The notes beneath the pieces were generated by a model. The model was not told the origin of the DNA, made no database searches, and saw nothing but the letters and a program-made list of their open reading frames with translations. Below, one piece after another: positions 59,500-64,000 of a stretch of DNA of 64,000 nucleotides. Position 1 is the first letter of the stretch. Each line of letters opens with the position of its first letter. Origin of the DNA: a virus. The position numbers were made by a program, and so were the translations under genes. The stretch covers positions 48,192 to 112,191 of IMG/VR virus record IMGVR_UViG_3300017917_003565; one strand, given 5' to 3'.

Positions 59500-60423
59500 T
59501 TACGTCGGAGTGCTCGGGATCTGTGCATTGGTATTTATCCCGGCACTGTTCAGCGCAGCCTGGTTCCTACCTTCTCTGAGCGTGCCTACCACAGCTTGTC
59601 CGGTAAAGGTTTGCACATCAGCTACTCCTTCCCAGAATACACCAAGCCCTCCAGGTTCAACTTTTTGTCCATACCCGGGCAAACTGTTGACCAATCCTAG
59701 CACCGTAGGATTGCCTATGGCCACTAGGTTACCAAAATCTATACCGGCTTGGATCTGTAGGTACTGCTCTTGAGACACTTGAGAACCCATGGAGGTGAAA
59801 TAGGAATTCAGCGCAGAAACTTGGGCAGAACTGTTGCTTATGATATTGGCCACTTCTATCTGTGCCACTGGTATCAGTCCGGGACCAGTAGGAGGAGTAT
59901 CTCCGCCCGTGCCAGTGATAGCAGCATCTGCGGCCGGCGCCAAGACGTTGCCCATGCCATCTGTGGTAGCTGTGTAGGTGCCGGCCCCCGGAGTTCCTCC
60001 AGGAATAATCACTGGGCCAAGGCTGGTATCTCCATAGGTGCCATTGACCACAGCATTCATGGTTTGATATATAGTGGTCAGATACACCACATTAGTGTTG
60101 GCCAATGTACTGACTGTGTTGGCAAAGTTATCGGTTGCTTTGTATCCAGCAGCTAATCCCATCACATCGCACACCGTCACAGGCTGACCATTGGTACCTC
60201 CAATGTTGGCCAGAAAAGTGGCCACGGATGCTGGTACCGGTGTTGCAAGATTAGCTATGAGAGAAAGATTGTTGGTACTTTGCATGCCCACCACAGTGTT
60301 GGCATATACCGGAAGAGTCATGTTACAGATGCCTGATACCTGTTGCAGACTTGTGGCTAGGGCCTTGCAGGCCAGAGCCTGGTCGGCCGGTACTATTTGA
60401 CTGAGTCTATCGTAGGCTATCAT
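59500..60423 (-). CDS. probable baseplate/tail structural protein
   Basis: small-residue-rich; operon with PAAR; ends GQAVVGTLREGRN. Confidence 0.55.
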   Translation of the reverse strand: MIAYDRLSQIVPADQALACKALATSLQQVSGICNMTLPVYANTVVGMQSTNNLSLIANLATPVPASVATFLANIGGTNGQPVTVCDVMGLAAGYKATDNFANTVSTLANTNVVYLTTIYQTMNAVVNGTYGDTSLGPVIIPGGTPGAGTYTATTDGMGNVLAPAADAAITGTGGDTPPTGPGLIPVAQIEVANIISNSSAQVSALNSYFTSMGSQVSQEQYLQIQAGIDFGNLVAIGNPTVLGLVNSLPGYGQKVEPGGLGVFWEGVADVQTFTGQAVVGTLREGRNQAALNSAGINTNAQIPSTPT

Positions 60424-61364
60424 ATAAGGCTACTTACTACATAAGGTGGCAACAGAGTGCTAAGTTCAGAATTTACAGCGCCATCACTGTCAAGGTAGAT
60501 AGGTTTGGATCCATTAGGAGTAGGCGCCAATAAACTCAAGTAACTGTTGGGAAATATTTTGATGGGATTCAACAGATCAGCCATGGTTTCAATGCCTGGT
60601 GTGGTTACCTGCAACACCTGCAGTATCTGTGCCAGATCATTGTCTTTGATCTGTGTCATGGCGCGATACATGGCACGTTGTGTGCTATCAACCAATGACA
60701 CTGAAGGATTGGTAATGTTTATCACGATCTCTTGACTGATGCCGGCCTGTACAAATGCCGCAGTCAATGTAGGATTGACCCCACCTACTGCAAACAACTG
60801 ACGTGTCAGTGCCAAAGGACTGCCAAAGTCAAAGAGATCTGCTAGATTGATCAAGCGTCCTAGACGCACAAGATCAGCACCAAAGGCCACGGTATTGTTG
60901 CTGACAGAATCAATACCACCAGTGATGGTGTCATTCATGTTGGTAAATGTATTGCCAAGATAACTTTGGCTGTTGACCGCTGCATTTACATAGGTAGTGG
61001 TCTGGCTGGCATAACCCTGGGCCTGATTCACAGCCTGGGTCAGCTGTGCCACGTTATTGCCACAGATATCCACGGTAGCCTGGGCAAGCACGGCCACTGT
61101 CATCTGGGTGCCGATTGAGTTGTAATCAGGGGGCACACTGTTGCTGAAGGCTGCACAAGTATTAGCGGCCAGAGTTTCCACAGCCACCGAAGCATTGGCA
61201 CTGATATTGCCGCTGGTTGCTACCGCAAGAAATGGCGTCATCAATGACGTGGATTCGTAGCTGTTGATCGCAGAGATCAAGTTGGCGTTGATGCCAATGC
61301 CCTGGTTCTGCAACAGACCAGCAGCGGCATTGAGTTGTAAAGGAGTCAGTTGTGGGCCAGCCAT
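60420..61364 (-). CDS. probable baseplate/tail structural protein
   Basis: follows PAAR; MADLLNPIKIFPNSY. Confidence 0.55.
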   Translation of the reverse strand: MAGPQLTPLQLNAAAGLLQNQGIGINANLISAINSYESTSLMTPFLAVATSGNISANASVAVETLAANTCAAFSNSVPPDYNSIGTQMTVAVLAQATVDICGNNVAQLTQAVNQAQGYASQTTTYVNAAVNSQSYLGNTFTNMNDTITGGIDSVSNNTVAFGADLVRLGRLINLADLFDFGSPLALTRQLFAVGGVNPTLTAAFVQAGISQEIVINITNPSVSLVDSTQRAMYRAMTQIKDNDLAQILQVLQVTTPGIETMADLLNPIKIFPNSYLSLLAPTPNGSKPIYLDSDGAVNSELSTLLPPYVVSSLI

Positions 61365-61367
61365 GGA

Positions 61368-61652
61368 TCAACCCACAAACACGTCTGGACTGCTGGTAGC
61401 TCGAGGATGTCCGCAGGTATCAACATCACCAACCAAGACCACTGGTATACCGTTGATCAAAACTGTGAAGTTGCTGGATGTAGTCACTGCGGCACAGTGG
61501 GCGCCACAACCGGGGCGGCCGCAACAAGGGTGAGGACTGACTGGCGACCCTTGGATGGCTATGACCTGTCCATTGACCAAAACGGAAGGGTCACCGCTCA
61601 TTATCACTCCACCTGCGCTGTTGGCATCACCTACCCGTTCTACTGCTGGCAT
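61368..61652 (-). CDS. PAAR-domain spike tip protein (T4 gp5.4-like)
   Basis: PAVERVGD, VLVNG, VLINGIP...GD..TCGH, SPDVFVG. Confidence 0.88.
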   Translation of the reverse strand: MPAVERVGDANSAGGVIMSGDPSVLVNGQVIAIQGSPVSPHPCCGRPGCGAHCAAVTTSSNFTVLINGIPVVLVGDVDTCGHPRATSSPDVFVG

Positions 61653-61656
61653 TGAC

Positions 61657-61959
61657 TTATCCCATTAAAATCTTGCTGTTTCTCACTGGCTTGATTCCAG
61701 TAGTGGCTTCTACATAGCTGTCCTGTACTTCGTCTCGGCTGACAGCGATCAAAGCCACTTGACTTTTATTTATAGTCACATTTTTTTCAGGATTAGCAGT
61801 AAACAAGGAAAATATCATCTGTATGCCTTGCTGACTGGGTACCACTGTGAGTGGGCGAGAGAGTGTATAGGTGTCAGCATCTTCTGCAGTGATTTTTGCT
61901 ACCATTTCGTCGCCATTGGCGATTTTAATCGTGTAAACTTGATCTAGTTCTACTTTCAT
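61657..61959 (-). CDS. Sm/Lsm-like fold hypothetical protein
   Basis: TIKIANGDEMVAK...LSRP. Confidence 0.55.
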   Translation of the reverse strand: MKVELDQVYTIKIANGDEMVAKITAEDADTYTLSRPLTVVPSQQGIQMIFSLFTANPEKNVTINKSQVALIAVSRDEVQDSYVEATTGIKPVRNSKILMG

Positions 61960-61960
61960 G

Positions 61961-62188
61961 TTATCCTTGTAAGTGTTTGCGTAACTCTGTGAATCCACCA
62001 ATCAACTGGTCGTCTAAAAAAATCTGTGGCACTGTGCGGGCCGTGGGAACTGCTTCCAACAGTTGATCGCGGGTCCAATCGCGATTGATGTTGCGTTCTT
62101 CATACTCGATGCCTTTTAACTTGAGCAAGTTTTTTGCTTGATCGCAAAAAGGGCAGGCATCTTTGCTCCATACCACTGCTTTCATCAT
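61961..62188 (-). CDS. glutaredoxin
   Basis: CPFC, TVPQIF, IGGF. Confidence 0.95.
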   Translation of the reverse strand: MMKAVVWSKDACPFCDQAKNLLKLKGIEYEERNINRDWTRDQLLEAVPTARTVPQIFLDDQLIGGFTELRKHLQG

Positions 62189-62772
62189 GCTTCCTTTATG
62201 TGTAATGTTTTGATCTTTTTCTGGAACTTGATCTCTTTGATATAGAAATCAAAATCTTCTGGAAAGTACTGTGATAGATCGCCACCATCAACTATCAGCA
62301 CACACCGGAATTTTTTATGATTTAGTTCCATAAAGTCTGTGATATTATGTAGTCGATCGCCCAGCCCCTGTGTGCTTTTTCCGCCACTCCAATGTCCAAA
62401 CACATCCTTGACTATGAGCAAATCGGCAGCAGGCACATCCAGAGTCTCGGTACAGATAAAAGTCTTGTTGGGGTCACGGGCACGAGCAAGATCGATGGCG
62501 GTCTGGCTCACATCGATCCCGGTGTAGGCCACTGCTCCCCAGTCAAAGTTATCGTAAACTCCGGTGTCACCACAACCATAGTCTACCACTGACCGTATGT
62601 GATTTTTGGCCACAAACTCACTGAGAAACTTATGATATTCTTTGGTCCTTTCTGGAAAACTTTCTGGACCGCTAAGGCTGGAAGGATTTTTGTGTTTGGT
62701 TACCCAGGCTCCGGTGCGATAGATTTGTTCAAAGATTTCTGTCATTGATGTCATGATCGATCCTGTGATCAA
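62185..62772 (-). CDS. class I SAM-dependent methyltransferase
   Basis: SGPES, VVDYGCGD, YTGIDVS, KDVFGHW. Confidence 0.75.
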   Translation of the reverse strand: MITGSIMTSMTEIFEQIYRTGAWVTKHKNPSSLSGPESFPERTKEYHKFLSEFVAKNHIRSVVDYGCGDTGVYDNFDWGAVAYTGIDVSQTAIDLARARDPNKTFICTETLDVPAADLLIVKDVFGHWSGGKSTQGLGDRLHNITDFMELNHKKFRCVLIVDGGDLSQYFPEDFDFYIKEIKFQKKIKTLHIKEA

Positions 62773-63869
62773 AGGCTGGGCAAAGCATCATAGTCAATCT
62801 TGTCACTCATGACACCGATCACATAGTTAGTTGATTCATTTTCCTGCAAAGCAGTCTGCTTGTTTGACGTGTTGACATGTTTGTTAAACCAAGGAATAGG
62901 CGTGGTCTTGGGCGCCGGCGATTGATACTTGACTCCAATCTCTTTGAGAGCATTAACCGCGGTATAATCCACAAAGTCGCGCAAGATATTGGCGTTGAGA
63001 CCAATCACCGGACCTTTCTTAAACAGGTAATCGGCCCAGGTCTTTTCTTCACGGATCACATCTTCGTACATGGCATACACTTCGGCTTCACATTCCACAC
63101 GAGCACGAGCGAATCTTGGATCCTCTTTGACCACTTGATTGATCATCCATGCAGTCCAGTCCTTGTGTAAGATTTCGTCTTGCAAGATAAGTTGGATGAT
63201 GTTGCCATTGCCGATGAATATGCGATTCTCAACCATGGCCAACGATGTGGCAAAGCTAACCATGAAGCGGAAGGCTTCCAACCCGTAGCTGGCGTTGAGT
63301 GCCAGCCAAATGGCTTTGACATGTTCGTATTCGTCAAACTTTTCTTGCAGTTCTTTACGGCAGTTGATCATGTGCAAACGATCGTAATAACGTCCAATGC
63401 TGGATGCCATGCTCACGATCTCCTCTGTGTCGTGGATCTTGTTAAACTCTTCTTTGGGCACGTTGTAGATGTTACGGATAATGTGTGAATAGCTACGACT
63501 GTGGATGTTGGTTTCAAAAAATCCCCAGTTGTACATGAGTGCTTCTAATTCAGGAATACTCACCACAGGAGTGAATACCTGTGTGGGTCCACGTCCTTGC
63601 AGGCTGTCCAAGGCTGTTTGGCGCAACAGGTTAGAAGTAAAGATATGACGCACCGTGTCCGACGCTTCTTTGAAGTCTGCGGCATCTTTGGTTAGACTAA
63701 TCTCTTCTGGGACCCAGAAGAATCCGCGTGCCTCTTGTTCAAACTTGGCCACTTTGTTGTATTTGACTTCTTCAAATCGTTGAATGGTCACAGGCCCAGC
63801 AGGATCCAAGAACATCTTGCGATTGAGATAATCGGTTTTTGTTTTTAAGTTGTATTGTGCTTGACTCAT
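62769..63869 (-). CDS. nrdB: ribonucleotide reductase class Ia beta subunit
   Basis: FFWVPEE, LDSLQ, ETNIHSRSY, LEAFRF, DEILH, QENE. Confidence 0.96.
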   Translation of the reverse strand: MSQAQYNLKTKTDYLNRKMFLDPAGPVTIQRFEEVKYNKVAKFEQEARGFFWVPEEISLTKDAADFKEASDTVRHIFTSNLLRQTALDSLQGRGPTQVFTPVVSIPELEALMYNWGFFETNIHSRSYSHIIRNIYNVPKEEFNKIHDTEEIVSMASSIGRYYDRLHMINCRKELQEKFDEYEHVKAIWLALNASYGLEAFRFMVSFATSLAMVENRIFIGNGNIIQLILQDEILHKDWTAWMINQVVKEDPRFARARVECEAEVYAMYEDVIREEKTWADYLFKKGPVIGLNANILRDFVDYTAVNALKEIGVKYQSPAPKTTPIPWFNKHVNTSNKQTALQENESTNYVIGVMSDKIDYDALPSL

Positions 63870-63903
63870 TTTAATAGTTTCCTGATGCAAGTACGATCTT
63901 GCA

Positions 63904-63999
63904 TTATAGTTTACATGCCTCACAGTCTTCGGCATTGTCGATATCAACTGATTCTATCTGTACTTCAACAGTTGGCGACGGTGCAGATTTGCTGCCGGC
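63904..63999 (-). CDS. nrdA: C-terminal end of ribonucleotide reductase alpha subunit (partial)
   Basis: ends AEDCEACKL-stop directly upstream of nrdB. Confidence 0.8.
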   Translation of the reverse strand, partial: AGSKSAPSPTVEVQIESVDIDNAEDCEACKL

Positions 64000-64000
64000 C

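Noticed and set aside
61368-61652. Type VI secretion locus
   Set aside because: No Hcp, VgrG or Tss genes; PAAR is a normal myophage spike tip

Overview
This 64-kb window is most consistent with part of a large T4-like (jumbo) myophage genome, probably infecting a proteobacterium; a Betaproteobacteria-type host is inferred from host-like genes, not proven. Most genes are on the minus strand. Content: dense small early ORFs behind TTGAC-N17-TATAAT promoters; T4-type TAAATA late promoters; nucleotide/DNA genes (nrdA end, nrdB, glutaredoxin, thyX, ATP-dependent ligase, uvsE); virion genes (1384-aa fibre, LamG protein, PAAR spike); a near-complete proteostasis set (groES, groEL, Hsp20, clpS, clpX, clpP, YccA-like) plus ribosomal bS21; and auxiliary metabolic genes (desaturase, amidinotransferase, AdoMetDC, DUF3445). 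The most interesting unexplained signals are non-coding or regulatory: (1) a ~240-nt multi-helix ORF-free element at 5072-5310; (2) three ROSE-like RNA-thermometer leaders, on hsp20, on a 7-codon leader ORF before groESL, and on a phasin-like gene; (3) a phasin/desaturase/GNAT module with PhaR-like boxes; (4) an EcoRI-like nuclease + Dam-family methylase + ABC-ATPase/GNAT operon; (5) a putative late sRNA with alternative folds. No tRNA, rRNA, CRISPR array, integrase or transposase was recognised. All calls come from reading motifs by eye; no searches were run.
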